64,000 bases of DNA. Origin: Alphaproteobacteria bacterium (GTDB taxonomy: Bacteria > Pseudomonadota > Alphaproteobacteria > UBA9219). Shown piece after piece: positions 41,238-51,847 of this stretch. The notes under the pieces were generated by a model, which ran no database searches, had not been told where the DNA came from, and saw only the letters and a program-made list of their open reading frames with translations. The stretch's first letter is position 1, and each line of letters begins with the position of its first letter. A program made the translations under genes and the position numbers. The stretch is taken from assembly GCA_033763555.1 (NCBI GenBank), contig JANRKK010000036.1, forward strand, positions 2,418 through 66,417, in the 5' to 3' direction.

Positions 41238-42543
41238 ATTTCGACAGGTCGGTGTTTTTGGCGAAATCGCCCAGCTTGCCCTGCACATAGGCAGCATCGA
41301 TCGTCACCGCGGATTTCAGCTTGTCGCTAGCCTCGAAGCTGATGTCCTCCAGCAAACGTTCCAGCAAAGTGTGCAGGCGCCGGGCGCCTATATTTTCAAC
41401 GCTGGTATTCACCTCGGCCGCGAGACGGGCGATTTCGTCAATCGCATCTTCCGTGAAATCGAGCGTAACATTCTCCGTCGCCATCAGCGCCTTGTACTGC
41501 TTCACAAGGCTGGCTTCCGGTTCGGTCAGAATGCGGCGGAAATCCTCGCGTGTCAGAGCTTTCAACTCCACACGGATCGGCAGGCGGCCCTGCAATTCCG
41601 GCAGCAGATCCGACGGCTTCGCCAGATGGAACGCGCCGGACGCGATGAAAAGAATATGGTCGGTGCGCACGGTGCCGTATTTGGTGGACACCGTGGTGCC
41701 TTCGATCAGCGGCAGCAGATCGCGTTGCACACCTTCGCGGCTGACATCGCCGCCGCGGAAATGATCGGAACGCGAGGCGATCTTGTCGATTTCGTCAAGG
41801 AAAACGATGCCGTTCTGCTCCACAGCCTCAAGCGCTGTCGCTGTTACTTTATCCTGATCCAGCAATTTGTCGGCTTCTTCTTCGCGCAAAACCTCGCGCG
41901 CTTCGGAGACTTTGAGCTTGCGCGGCTTGGTACGGTTGCCGCTGAAAGCCTTGCCCAGCATATCGCCGATATTCAGCATGCCCATCTGCGCACCCGGCAT
42001 ACCCGGCACATCGAACATCGGCATGCCTTGCGAACCGCCATCCTGCACCTGAATTTCAATCTCGCGATCGTTCAACTCGCCATCCTTCAGCATATGGCGG
42101 AATTTGGTGCGGGTTTCCGGTGTGGCGCTTTCGCCGACCAGCGCATCGATCAACCTTTCTTCGGCGGCTTCCTCAGCGCGGGCCGTGACATCCTTGCGCA
42201 TACGCTCACGCGTTGTCTTGATGGCCACTTCGACCAGATCGCGGATGATTTGCTCCACATCGCGGCCGACATAGCCGACTTCGGTGAATTTCGTCGCTTC
42301 CACTTTGAAGAAAGGCGCTTGTGCCAATCGCGCAAGACGCCGCGCGATCTCGGTCTTGCCAATGCCCGTCGGGCCAATCATCAGAATATTTTTCGGCAGC
42401 ACTTCCTCGCGCAGCCCTTCGGGCAATTGCTGCCGCCGCCAGCGGTTGCGCAAGGCCACGGCAACGGCGCGCTTGGCATCGGCCTGGCCAATGATAAAAC
42501 GGTCAAGTTCGGAAACGATTTGACGGGGCGAAAGCTGGGTCAT
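41227..42543 (-). CDS. hslU: ATP-dependent protease ATPase subunit HslU
   Basis: Walker A GPTGIGKT and the AAA+ HslU I-domain, 438 aa. Confidence 0.95.
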   Translation of the reverse strand: MTQLSPRQIVSELDRFIIGQADAKRAVAVALRNRWRRQQLPEGLREEVLPKNILMIGPTGIGKTEIARRLARLAQAPFFKVEATKFTEVGYVGRDVEQIIRDLVEVAIKTTRERMRKDVTARAEEAAEERLIDALVGESATPETRTKFRHMLKDGELNDREIEIQVQDGGSQGMPMFDVPGMPGAQMGMLNIGDMLGKAFSGNRTKPRKLKVSEAREVLREEEADKLLDQDKVTATALEAVEQNGIVFLDEIDKIASRSDHFRGGDVSREGVQRDLLPLIEGTTVSTKYGTVRTDHILFIASGAFHLAKPSDLLPELQGRLPIRVELKALTREDFRRILTEPEASLVKQYKALMATENVTLDFTEDAIDEIARLAAEVNTSVENIGARRLHTLLERLLEDISFEASDKLKSAVTIDAAYVQGKLGDFAKNTDLSKFIL

Positions 42544-43104
42544 TTAGAGATCAATCGCTTCCAGAGTCACATTCGTGTTGGTGTAGACGCAAATCCCGGC
42601 GGCGATATCCAGCGCCTTGCGTGCAATCGCTTCGGCATCCATATCGGGACGGTCGATCAGCGCACGCGCCGCGGCCAGCGCATAGGGCCCGCCCGAACCG
42701 ATGCCGATGATACCGTCTTCCGGTTCCAACACATCGCCTGTGCCGGACAGGATCAGGCTGGTGGATTTATCGGCTACCGCCATCATCGCTTCCAGCCGCC
42801 GCAAATAACGGTCGGTGCGCCAGTCCTTGGCCATCTCCACACAGGCGCGCATCAGCTGGCCCGGATGTTTTTCCAGCTTGGCTTCCAGCCGCTCGAAAAG
42901 GGCAAATGCATCGGCGGTCGCGCCCGCAAAGCCAGCGATCACATCGCCGTCCGTTCCGGATTTCAAACGCCGTACCTTGCGCGCGTTTGTCTTGATGACC
43001 GTACTGCCCATGGAGACTTGCCCGTCGCCCGCGATGACGGTTTTCTTGCCCTTGCGGATACCGATGATGGTCGTGCCGTGCCAGGATGGATTTTGTTCGC
43101 TCAT
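42544..43104 (-). CDS. hslV: ATP-dependent protease subunit HslV
   Basis: [10 protein letters not shown] shows the N-terminal Thr nucleophile after Met removal, 186 aa. Confidence 0.95.
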   Translation of the reverse strand: MSEQNPSWHGTTIIGIRKGKKTVIAGDGQVSMGSTVIKTNARKVRRLKSGTDGDVIAGFAGATADAFALFERLEAKLEKHPGQLMRACVEMAKDWRTDRYLRRLEAMMAVADKSTSLILSGTGDVLEPEDGIIGIGSGGPYALAAARALIDRPDMDAEAIARKALDIAAGICVYTNTNVTLEAIDL

Positions 43105-43130
43105 AGAATTTTCCCTGTAGAACCAGAAGA

Positions 43131-43165
43131 TAAGATGGGGTCGGCGAAGGCCGCGCGCAAGGCCC
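43131..43165 (-). promoter_or_regulatory. putative sigma-32 (RpoH) heat-shock promoter for hslVU
   Basis: The minus strand reads CTTGCGC-N14-CCCCATCT, which matches the RpoH consensus TTGAAA-N13-15-CCCCATNT about 30-60 nt upstream of hslV. Confidence 0.45.
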
Positions 43166-43304
43166 GGTTAACCCCCGGTTTACCATGGCTTTCTGAAAAG
43201 CCAGATGGCTCAAGGGCTTTATGCATTCTTAAGTTTTTAGGCAAATAATCGGCATATTAGCGCCAAATCATTTTTAAGCCCGGCCGGGGCAAGGAGAGAG
43301 GGCC

Positions 43305-43538
43305 ATGACATTATCGAAAGAATCCATCGACGCCCTCAGCGACCTGATCGAAAACCGCATCGCGCTGATGCATGTCGGCGACCGCGATGATCTGCGCGAA
43401 AAAGTCACGCTGCAACGCGCCCTGTGCGAATTGCGCGGCAAAGACCCCGCCGAGGATGGCATTCTGAAGAATTTCTCGGAAATCCCCCGCCGCGGCCGCC
43501 GCCGCAAGGTCAGTGACATGCTGGGCGAGCAGGCTTAA
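43305..43538 (+). CDS. hypothetical small protein
   Basis: 77 aa with the RBS AGGAGAGAGGG; there is no recognised domain. Confidence 0.45.
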   Translation: MTLSKESIDALSDLIENRIALMHVGDRDDLREKVTLQRALCELRGKDPAEDGILKNFSEIPRRGRRRKVSDMLGEQA

Positions 43539-44566
43539 AGGCCGAGTTTCTGGCCGACTTTTGCCGCAACTTCCGGCAGCTCATCAACATAAGGGCGTTG
43601 CGCCCGGTTTTTAGTTGGCCTTAGACTTTCACTATATGTGTAGCGATCCATCCAGCCCCATCGCTCCATTGTTTGGATGGTTTCATAAAGAGGATGACCC
43701 GACAATTCTCTCCGGAAATCGTAAAACCAAACTGGTTTTCTCGTGGCAAGGGCTTCTGACATCATGGAAAGCGAATCTGCTGTCACAAGAAAATGATCGG
43801 CCTGCCCAAGCAAGGCTTCGTAAGAGAAACGCTGATCGTCCAGGAAAATTCTGGGATTTCCACTTGTGTAGGAATGCAAAATATCCCGGCCAATCTCGCC
43901 CGTGCGCCGTGAGGTCAGTACAAAAAGAGATCCGTCAAAATGTTCGGCAAGTTCACGCAGGTCTATGCCGAAATTCTGAAACATTTTTTCGGTAATATCG
44001 GCATGTTCGTCAGAGCCTCCGACCAGAACAGCCATAATGGGACGGCGCATGGGGCTGAACAGATTTTCAGCCGCCGCGCGGAAGTGAGACAAAATATTTG
44101 GCGTCAAGCCATGGAGCGCAAGGCGTGTCGGAACAACATTGTCTCCATCTATCTTTTCGTGGGGCTGTGGAACAATGACATCAAACCGATTCAGATCGAA
44201 ACGGTAATGCCCTGCCGTTCCGTTGGGATGCTGAATATGAACGATCTTCGTTGTGTTGCCACTTGCTTCCTTGATGCTGAGTGCCAGCGCCGACACTTCC
44301 GGCCGGGCGCTGACGACAATATCCGGCCATGGCGGCATGAGTTTCTGATCACCTTTGCAGATAACCCGCTCAACCCCTGACGGCGCAAGGCATTCCTGCC
44401 AGGTAACAGCGGTGTTGCTGCCGCCAACAAATTGTGGCGATTGAGGAAAGCAAGATGTAACAGCGGTTTCCGAACGCAGGCCCGGTACGACCAAAGCCTC
44501 TGCCAGCGCCACGGTCTGCCTCTGCGTCGCTTTATTCCCGTCCAGCGATAAAGTCCAAATATGCAT
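43535..44566 (-). CDS. ELM1/DUF1022-family protein (mitochondrial-fission ELM1-like, glycosyltransferase-like fold)
   Basis: 343 aa with a family-like pattern ...VLVGGS...FVLTSRRT...; GC is about 48%. Confidence 0.6.
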   Translation of the reverse strand: MHIWTLSLDGNKATQRQTVALAEALVVPGLRSETAVTSCFPQSPQFVGGSNTAVTWQECLAPSGVERVICKGDQKLMPPWPDIVVSARPEVSALALSIKEASGNTTKIVHIQHPNGTAGHYRFDLNRFDVIVPQPHEKIDGDNVVPTRLALHGLTPNILSHFRAAAENLFSPMRRPIMAVLVGGSDEHADITEKMFQNFGIDLRELAEHFDGSLFVLTSRRTGEIGRDILHSYTSGNPRIFLDDQRFSYEALLGQADHFLVTADSLSMMSEALATRKPVWFYDFRRELSGHPLYETIQTMERWGWMDRYTYSESLRPTKNRAQRPYVDELPEVAAKVGQKLGL

Positions 44567-44703
44567 TGACTATAAACCTTCTCTTTTCCGGCACTATATA
44601 AGAAGAACAGCAGGTGTTTTTAGTTTCTTTTATGGTTAATGGCGGTAAAAAGGCGAAAATGGCCGGAAAAAGCACTTCACGTTAACCTCTTTTATTTATA
44701 CAG

Positions 44704-45417
44704 ATGCATCTTATGCGCCCGTTTTTTCCTGCTCTGCTTTGCATCGCATTTGTTCTGGTATCGCCTGCGCGCGCACAAAATCCGCAGGAATGCGAATCCT
44801 ATCCCGACGTTCCGGTAACGGTGAACCCGGTCTTTGAAAATCCAAAATATGATTTTTCGCAGGACATCGCCGCCATCCAGACGATGGCGAAAGACTCGCA
44901 ACGCAGCATCAGTGAAAAGCTGACACTCGGCCTGACGCGTTACGAACCGATGCTGGAGTTCCGCCTGCCGATGAAGGGCGTGATCTTCCCCAACGGCCTG
45001 GCCTGCGCCCATGCCGAGCGGGCGGAGATCACCATCGGCTACCGGAATGTAACGGTCTATGTCGCCCGCGAAGTGCCGCAGGGAAGTTGCGGCTTCGGCG
45101 AGATCATGGCGCATGAGCAGAAGCATATCGACGTCAACAAGCAACTGCTGCAGGATTATGCGCCGATGATTCAGGAAAAGCTGCGCGCCTATCTGAGACT
45201 CAATGGCGTATTCCGGGAGCGCAACCCCGATTACGCCATGCAGCTTTTGCGTGAAAAGCTGCAGGAAATCGTCAATAGCCTGGGCCTGCAAATGATGGAG
45301 GACAATCACCGCCGCCAGCAGCAGGTCGACAATATGGATGAGTATCAGCGCATCACCCTGTCCTGCAACGGCCAGATGGCCTCGATCGCCGAGCATTTCC
45401 GCATGACGGGCCATTAA
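44704..45417 (+). CDS. DUF922-like secreted putative Zn-metalloprotease
   Basis: A signal peptide and an HExxH motif (MAHEQKH), 237 aa. Confidence 0.6.
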   Translation: MHLMRPFFPALLCIAFVLVSPARAQNPQECESYPDVPVTVNPVFENPKYDFSQDIAAIQTMAKDSQRSISEKLTLGLTRYEPMLEFRLPMKGVIFPNGLACAHAERAEITIGYRNVTVYVAREVPQGSCGFGEIMAHEQKHIDVNKQLLQDYAPMIQEKLRAYLRLNGVFRERNPDYAMQLLREKLQEIVNSLGLQMMEDNHRRQQQVDNMDEYQRITLSCNGQMASIAEHFRMTGH

Positions 45418-45479
45418 TCGCCTTTTTGTCCTTGCCGCCTGTTTTACTTTTGCTCCCACTTTGCTAGTGAAGGGCGGTG

Positions 45480-48400
45480 ATGCGCGGTTTGTTTCCTGTT
45501 CTCCGGCTTTTGGCTCTCCCAGCCCTTTTGATTCTGCCCGGTTTTGCCGCGGCCCAGGAAGGCGGCGACGGAACCCTGCATGTGCTGCGCCCCGTCATTC
45601 ACGCGGAACGCGAAAAGGCCGAGCTGTGTCTGGAATTTGACCATGATCTCGATCCCGACAATGGTGCGCGGCTTGGCGCAGGCGCGCATCTGAAGGCCGG
45701 ACGCAAAACCACGGCGTTGACCTCATCAAGTGCCAGCAGCGCCGGACGGCTTCTGTGTGTGCAGGGGCTTGAGCATGGGCAGGATTACCGTCTGAGTATC
45801 GCCAGCCTGCGCGGCGCAAAGGGCGAGAAGCTGGACGGGCCTTACAATCTGAGTTTTTCCATTCCCGATCGTCGTGCTTCCTTGGTGTTTGCAGGAGCAG
45901 GTGGCGGTTTTGTGCGCTGGCAGGGGAAAAACCCGGTGCTGCGCGCCATGAATGTACCGCAGGCGGATATCGAGCTTTACCGCGTGAGCGACCCGGCTTT
46001 CATGGCGCAGGCCTGGCGGGAAAAACAGCAAACCTCGCTGGCGCCTTCGGAAAGCGCCTATCTCGCGCGCGAACGCGGCACCTTGCTGTGGAAGGGTGCC
46101 CTGGTTCTTGGCGATGCGCGCAATCAGGATATGGAGCAGAAAATTCCCCTGCGCGCCGTTGCGGGCGATATGCCGCCGGGGCTTTATCTGCTGGTAGCGC
46201 ATGGCGACAAGGCGGAAAGCGAAGATGAAGATTCTGGCCCCGCGCCAATGGCGGCTGTCTGGCTGCTGCATTCTGATCTGAAACTTAACGCTCTACGCGA
46301 TACAAAAGGCTTTTACGCCCTGGCGGAAACAGGGGATGCTCCCGCGAAAGATGTTCAACTGCTGGTCTTCGACCGCAAAGGGCAAAGTCTTTCGGAAGGC
46401 AAAAGCGGTGATGACGGCGTTGCGTTTTTTCCCTTCTCTGCTGACAAGGCTCCGAACGCGGCGCTGATCACGGGCCTCACCGCCGCAGGCGATGTTGATT
46501 TTGTCAATCTGGACTCAGCGGAAACACAGCGTCTGGCGCTGACACGCAGCGAGATTGCGCTAACAACCGATAAGCCTTTCTATCCGCCGGGCACGGACGC
46601 TTCGGTCACGCTGACAGCGCATGATATTTTTGGAAAAGCCATGCCTGTCTCCGGCAGCACATTAAAACTGCTGCGGCCTGACAAAAGCCTTTATGCAAGC
46701 CTGCCCGTGCCCAACGGCGACTCCTCAGGAAGCGCAAAAATCCCGCTTTCTGTTCCAGCTGCCAGCGGTGTCTGGCCTCTTGTATGGCAGAGCGCGGATG
46801 GCGCAGTACTGGCCGAAAATGTCCTGCGCGTTGCCTCAAGCCGCGATGCGCCACGTTTTGAGATGAGCGCCGACCGCGCCATGCTATCGCCGGAAGGTGA
46901 GGTTCATCTTGCGGTGAAAAGCCTGACCCATGACGAAAAGCCTGCGCCTTTTCTGCCGGGACGGATTTTTGTGTCCTGGGCTGTTCCCGACCGGGCCTTT
47001 CCCGGCTGGGACAATTACCGCTTCGGAACAGGCGCGGCCAATGCAAGCGATGCTACAGCGGTCGCTTCCTTCATCACCGATGATAAAGGCGCAGCCCATC
47101 TGCGCCTGAAACTGACACCGCCTGAAAATACTCCGGCTTTGCGCAGCGCCATTCTCAACCTGCAACCTGCGCCGGGCGCCGAAGCCGCAGCGCCGAAGCC
47201 GCTCGCGCTGCCCATGGCGCCGCGGGACTTTACCATTGGCGTCAAGCCGTTGGCCGCTGATGGGCGTTTCGCTGAAAATGGTGCGGCGCGATTCAGTATT
47301 GTGGCGCTCGATATTGAAGGCCGTCGCCGTGCCGTTGATAGTCTGACTTATCAAATCTATGAGGAAGGCCGCAGTTTTGAGTGGTATCAGAGTGAAGGGC
47401 GCTGGAGCTACAGGCCGCAGCAGCAGAAGCGCCGTATCGGCGGCGGCCCCCTGACGCTGGATGCTGATGGCGAAAACATCATCGACTGGCCCGTAACGGC
47501 GGGCAGCTACCGTTTGGAAATCACCCGCGCAACAGGCGGCATGCTGGCCGCCGTGAATTTCAGCGCGGGCTGGGCCGAAGCCGAAACACAAGCTTCCAGC
47601 CGCTTACCGCTGAATCTTTCGGCCTCCTCCAAAATTTTGAAGCCGGGACAGGCAGCGATTTTGCGCTTCACGCTCGACAAGCCTTCCATGGTCAATATTT
47701 TTATCGGCGATGATCATGTTCGCAAGGTTGCGCATCAGTTCATGCCCGCGGGCGCACATGAATTTTCCTTCACGCCCGAGAAAAACTGGGGACGGCAGAT
47801 CACGGCACGAGTTGAAATGCGCGGCTTTGCAGGCGAACTGATCCTGCCCCTCACGCCCGATGGAAAAGAACCTGCTGAAACAACGGCAGAAGAATCAGGT
47901 GAAGCCCTGAAGCTCAGCGCGCAATTCCCCGCTTTTCTTCGCGCGGGGGATTCCGCAAATCTTTCCCTGAGGCTGGAAGGCGGCAAGATTCCAGAAGGCT
48001 CGTACCGCTATGCGGTGAGCGCCGGAGCCGATGGCAAAATCACGAATGGCGGCGGCACCGTGGCTCTCGCGCCCGGACGGGCAAGGGATATCGTTTTTAC
48101 CCTGAAAGCCTCACAACCCGGCACCGCATCGATCAAGGCGGAAATCTCAGGTCCTGCGCGCATGCATGCCAGCGCCACATGGTCGCTTCCCATTGCTGGG
48201 CAGGATACGGTTTTGAAAGTCGTTGGCGAAGATACCTTAAGGCCGGAAGAATCCTGGCCGCCTGCGGCGGGCAAAAAAAGCGCGGCGAAAACTTTGGGTG
48301 ATTTTATCCTGATTGGTGCGCGGCCTTTGTTTGATACGCCGATTTTGCTCTCAGATGTCCTGAACGCACCGCCTGTGACGACCGCGCAGATAGCAGGGCG

Positions 48401-49652
48401 CATGGACATGCTGCGCCTCTGGCGTGATGTCATTCTGGCGACGAAGCTGCTTTCGGAATCGGTTCTGGATGCCAAGCGCCGTGATCTCCGTCTCCGCCTG
48501 CTGGCACGGCAGATGCCGGATGGCGGCTTTCCTTCCTTACCCGGCGCAGTGGCGGATATGCCCGCAACCGCAGCAGCTCTGGTTGCGCTGGCGCAGGATA
48601 CGCCCGATGCCGCCAGACTGGGGCTGGAACAGGCCGCCAGCTGGCTGCAGCATCGTCTGGAAAACAGCTGGTTCGAGGAAGGTGAACGGCCCCAGCGTGC
48701 CGCCGCCTATGCGGCGCTCGCATCCGCCGGACGGCTGAACATCGCCAATCTGCATTATTTTGCCGACACCAGCGCGGATAAATCCCTTCCGCCTCTGGCA
48801 GCGCTGCAGCTGGCTTATGCTTTCGCCCATATTGACGATCAGAACAAAACACAATTCTGGCTGAACGCGGCGGCCGTCAATAAGGATTCGCCGGATATTT
48901 CCGTAACGGCCCTGCCGCTGCTGGCTGAAAACCGTTTCTTTGATCCGCAGGTGCTTTTGCCCGCGCTGGAAAAATCATCGGGTGCGGCGGCCAAATCCTC
49001 CGGCAGCAGTGTGGGATCGATGATCGGTCTTCTGCGTGCCATTCGTGCCGTGCATGAACGCGCCGGAGGATGGCGTGTCACGATCGGCAACGACAAGCGC
49101 AGCCCAAAAACTGTTTTGACCGTTCCCGTGCCGGAAAAAACCACTGGCTTTTCCATCCGCAACACAAACGACGCGCCTTTGTTTTTTGCCGCTGTGAAAA
49201 GCGCCAATGCGACAGGCGCGCCCGTCCTCGCGCGCCGCATTTATAAAATGAACGGAACCGAAGCCGCCGCCGAAGCGCTGCTGAGTGAGAAAGAAACCTA
49301 TCTGGTCGTTCTGGAAGGTCCGTGGACAGGCAACAGCGATGCGCCCCTGCACCTGCATGATGCGCCCGGCCCCGGCCTGCGCCCGGCGGGGTGCTTGCCG
49401 GAAGCGCCGCTTGAGGTTGGCGAATCCCTCGCCTGGCTGCGCAGCCATCCACCTGGTCCCGCACCTCTGTGCGAGATCTGGGGCGGTTCGGTTGATTTCA
49501 TGCTGACGCGCGCCGAAGGCCCGGCCATGTGGCGTGCCGCCTATCTGGCACGCGCCGATCAAAGCGGCGAGTTTGCCTGGCCCGCGCCATGGGCGCAGCA
49601 GGGGCAAAACGAACCTATTCAGGGATTAAAAAGCCGGATTACAATCCGTTGA
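45480..49652 (+). CDS. bacterial alpha-2-macroglobulin family protein
   Basis: 1390 aa with a signal peptide and the MG-domain/bait/TED-like architecture typical of YfhM-type A2M. No obvious CGEQ thioester was seen. Confidence 0.8.
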   Translation: MRGLFPVLRLLALPALLILPGFAAAQEGGDGTLHVLRPVIHAEREKAELCLEFDHDLDPDNGARLGAGAHLKAGRKTTALTSSSASSAGRLLCVQGLEHGQDYRLSIASLRGAKGEKLDGPYNLSFSIPDRRASLVFAGAGGGFVRWQGKNPVLRAMNVPQADIELYRVSDPAFMAQAWREKQQTSLAPSESAYLARERGTLLWKGALVLGDARNQDMEQKIPLRAVAGDMPPGLYLLVAHGDKAESEDEDSGPAPMAAVWLLHSDLKLNALRDTKGFYALAETGDAPAKDVQLLVFDRKGQSLSEGKSGDDGVAFFPFSADKAPNAALITGLTAAGDVDFVNLDSAETQRLALTRSEIALTTDKPFYPPGTDASVTLTAHDIFGKAMPVSGSTLKLLRPDKSLYASLPVPNGDSSGSAKIPLSVPAASGVWPLVWQSADGAVLAENVLRVASSRDAPRFEMSADRAMLSPEGEVHLAVKSLTHDEKPAPFLPGRIFVSWAVPDRAFPGWDNYRFGTGAANASDATAVASFITDDKGAAHLRLKLTPPENTPALRSAILNLQPAPGAEAAAPKPLALPMAPRDFTIGVKPLAADGRFAENGAARFSIVALDIEGRRRAVDSLTYQIYEEGRSFEWYQSEGRWSYRPQQQKRRIGGGPLTLDADGENIIDWPVTAGSYRLEITRATGGMLAAVNFSAGWAEAETQASSRLPLNLSASSKILKPGQAAILRFTLDKPSMVNIFIGDDHVRKVAHQFMPAGAHEFSFTPEKNWGRQITARVEMRGFAGELILPLTPDGKEPAETTAEESGEALKLSAQFPAFLRAGDSANLSLRLEGGKIPEGSYRYAVSAGADGKITNGGGTVALAPGRARDIVFTLKASQPGTASIKAEISGPARMHASATWSLPIAGQDTVLKVVGEDTLRPEESWPPAAGKKSAAKTLGDFILIGARPLFDTPILLSDVLNAPPVTTAQIAGRMDMLRLWRDVILATKLLSESVLDAKRRDLRLRLLARQMPDGGFPSLPGAVADMPATAAALVALAQDTPDAARLGLEQAASWLQHRLENSWFEEGERPQRAAAYAALASAGRLNIANLHYFADTSADKSLPPLAALQLAYAFAHIDDQNKTQFWLNAAAVNKDSPDISVTALPLLAENRFFDPQVLLPALEKSSGAAAKSSGSSVGSMIGLLRAIRAVHERAGGWRVTIGNDKRSPKTVLTVPVPEKTTGFSIRNTNDAPLFFAAVKSANATGAPVLARRIYKMNGTEAAAEALLSEKETYLVVLEGPWTGNSDAPLHLHDAPGPGLRPAGCLPEAPLEVGESLAWLRSHPPGPAPLCEIWGGSVDFMLTRAEGPAMWRAAYLARADQSGEFAWPAPWAQQGQNEPIQGLKSRITIR

Positions 49653-50192
49653 TCAACCGATCAGTTCGACCGACGTCGCTTCGCGGCCCTTGGCCGCTGT
49701 CTGCACATGCATGCGTACGCGCTGGCCGGAATCCAGCTGCTGCACGCCTGCGCGCAACAGCACCGAGCGATGCACAAACACATCACGGTCACCGTCATCC
49801 GGCGTGACAAAACCGAAACCCTTGTCGACCTTGTACCATTTGACGGTACCATCCATCTGGGTTTCGGGCCCCGTGGGCGGCGGACGGCCGGGACGCGGCA
49901 CATCAACCACGCCCATGACCTGAAGAATACTGGCGACCTGACGGCCCTTGGGCCCGTCGGTGATTTCCACGAGCATTTTGGTGCCTTCGGGGACATCGCG
50001 AAGGCCCGCGCGGGTGACAACGGAAGAATGCATGAAAGCATCGGAGGTGCCATCAGCGGGAGCGACGAATCCGAATCCCTTCACGAGACTGAACCACTTT
50101 ACGACAGCCTCGGTCTGAAAGCCTTGAGCGGAGGACGGAGATTGATCGTACGACACAGTACTTATCCTCACCACATCTGCCGCATCTTTCAT
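49653..50192 (-). CDS. tandem cold-shock-domain protein (two CSDs)
   Basis: There are two copies of the VKWF..KGFGF[VI] RNP1 motif. A long AT-containing 5' leader (50193-50380) is typical of csp genes. Confidence 0.8.
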   Translation of the reverse strand: MKDAADVVRISTVSYDQSPSSAQGFQTEAVVKWFSLVKGFGFVAPADGTSDAFMHSSVVTRAGLRDVPEGTKMLVEITDGPKGRQVASILQVMGVVDVPRPGRPPPTGPETQMDGTVKWYKVDKGFGFVTPDDGDRDVFVHRSVLLRAGVQQLDSGQRVRMHVQTAAKGREATSVELIG

Positions 50193-50382
50193 AATCCCTT
50201 TTGGGGGGTCACACAAGCGCCCGGCCAGCACAAGCGGGGATGCGGTCTAACCGCTTGCCAGGCCAATGGAAACATCGAAATGGGTCAAAATTTAGGCCAA
50301 TTTCGAGGCTTCAGGATTTGTTAGCCATCCAGCGCTAATCTTTATAAAGGGTCTATGTGAATCCTTTGAGAAAGTTGCCGCC

Positions 50383-51171
50383 ATGAAGTTTATGGCTGTC
50401 CTGTCTGTTACCCTTTCGGCGCTGTTGATCGCTCCCGCCGCGCCAGCGCATGCCGCGAATAATCTCGATCCGTTCCAGCTCGATACCGGGCACTGGATGT
50501 CGTATCAGCGTTACAAGGAAAAAGCGGACAACCCTGAATCCTTCGCGCAAGAAGCTGCGCCCGTGGAACAGGAAGAGATTGCCGCCGCACCTGTCGAGGA
50601 GCCGCCCAAGCCTGTCGCCCCTCCGGCAATGCCCGGGATGAACAAGGGCTATAACGTGCAAATCAACTCGACTGAAGATGACGTCAAACGCCAGACCCCC
50701 AAGATCACACGCATGGAAAGCGAGCCGGAAATGCAACTGCCATCGCAAAGCTGGCAGAAGGCCGATGATGCCGCACGCCGTTCCGCCCAGAACAGCAATC
50801 TCAACGAGGAAGAAATCACGCCGCTTGATATCCGCATGAGCATGCTGCCCAGCCTGCAGGCCGCAGCGCCGCCGACGCGCGACAATAAAAAGAAAATGAT
50901 GACCGAGCTTATCAAGGCGCCGCCCAAGCCCACCGACCTGGATGCCGCTGCCTGCGCTGCTATTGATGCCTACAAAAAGCGGGAGCTTGATGCCATCCAG
51001 CGCGACCGCGAAACGCTGGCCGCCCTGCAGACCGCGATTTCCCAGCTGGGCCTGCAGAAGGAATTGAGTTTTCTGACGGACAATAACAGCAAAATGAATA
51101 TGCCTGCGGACAATCCTGTGTTGTCCGACGCGCCGGGCGCTTCGCCCACGCTTTTTGAAAAAGCTCCCTAA
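50383..51171 (+). CDS. hypothetical secreted protein
   Basis: The signal peptide is MKFMAVLSVTLSALLIAPAAPAHA; the protein is Pro/Glu-rich with no recognised domain. Confidence 0.5.
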   Translation: MKFMAVLSVTLSALLIAPAAPAHAANNLDPFQLDTGHWMSYQRYKEKADNPESFAQEAAPVEQEEIAAAPVEEPPKPVAPPAMPGMNKGYNVQINSTEDDVKRQTPKITRMESEPEMQLPSQSWQKADDAARRSAQNSNLNEEEITPLDIRMSMLPSLQAAAPPTRDNKKKMMTELIKAPPKPTDLDAAACAAIDAYKKRELDAIQRDRETLAALQTAISQLGLQKELSFLTDNNSKMNMPADNPVLSDAPGASPTLFEKAP

Positions 51172-51174
51172 GAC

Positions 51175-51747
51175 TTAAGGATAGACACTAACGGTTATCC
51201 AGTTGGTGTAGCACGCGCCGATATAGGGATAATACCCTTCGGGATAGCTGCAGTAATAGCGCAGATTCGCCGGATAGACGGGATAGGGATAAACCGGGCG
51301 CTGGTAAAAATACCAGTTTCCGCCCAGCACCCACCACCAACCATTGCGGTTATTGTGCCAGCCGCGCTGCCAATGGCCTGTGCGCCAATGATCGCGGTCA
51401 ATATGGCGGGCTTGCGGCGGACGGCGCTGCGTCTGTGCGCGGTGATCATGGCGACGATTGTCATGGGAACGGGAATATTGCGGCTGATCGCGCCGCTCAT
51501 TACCCCGGTTATCGCTGCGGTTATTATCATTGCGGCGATGATCGTTGCGATCATTCCGGTTAGTGTCGCGGCCACCTTTGTTGCCATCCCGCTCCCTGTC
51601 GCCACGGCCCTGATTATCCTGACGGGCGGGGTTGCCGCGGCGGGAATCGCCATCCGGGCCTTTTCGGCCTGCATCCTGCGCCTGCAGGGGCGCAGCCAGC
51701 GCCAGAGTCAAAGCCGCTATCAGGAAAATGCCTGTCCGTTTTTTCAT
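51175..51747 (-). CDS. secreted low-complexity Arg/Asn/Asp-rich protein with aromatic C-terminal domain
   Basis: A strong SD AAGGAGG, the signal peptide MKKRTGIFLIAALTLALAAPLQA, a run RNDRNDHRRNDNNRSDNRGNERRD, and a Tyr/Trp/Pro-rich C-terminus. Confidence 0.55.
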   Translation of the reverse strand: MKKRTGIFLIAALTLALAAPLQAQDAGRKGPDGDSRRGNPARQDNQGRGDRERDGNKGGRDTNRNDRNDHRRNDNNRSDNRGNERRDQPQYSRSHDNRRHDHRAQTQRRPPQARHIDRDHWRTGHWQRGWHNNRNGWWWVLGGNWYFYQRPVYPYPVYPANLRYYCSYPEGYYPYIGACYTNWITVSVYP

Positions 51748-51847
51748 TGCCGCGCCTCCTTTGCGTGAGGCCATTGCGCTCTTCCGGCGCGGCAAAAGAA
51801 AGGCGGAAAAGTGACAAAATGGCGATTTCAGAGAGACATAATATGTC

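Noticed and set aside
41371-43248. 625-aa plus-strand ORF
   Set aside because: It is antisense to hslU and hslV, whose products are unmistakable.
51355-51768. 137-aa plus-strand ORF that is hydrophobic and low-complexity
   Set aside because: It is opposite the signal-peptide-bearing, strong-SD minus-strand gene 51175..51747. It is the mirror image of that gene's low-complexity region.
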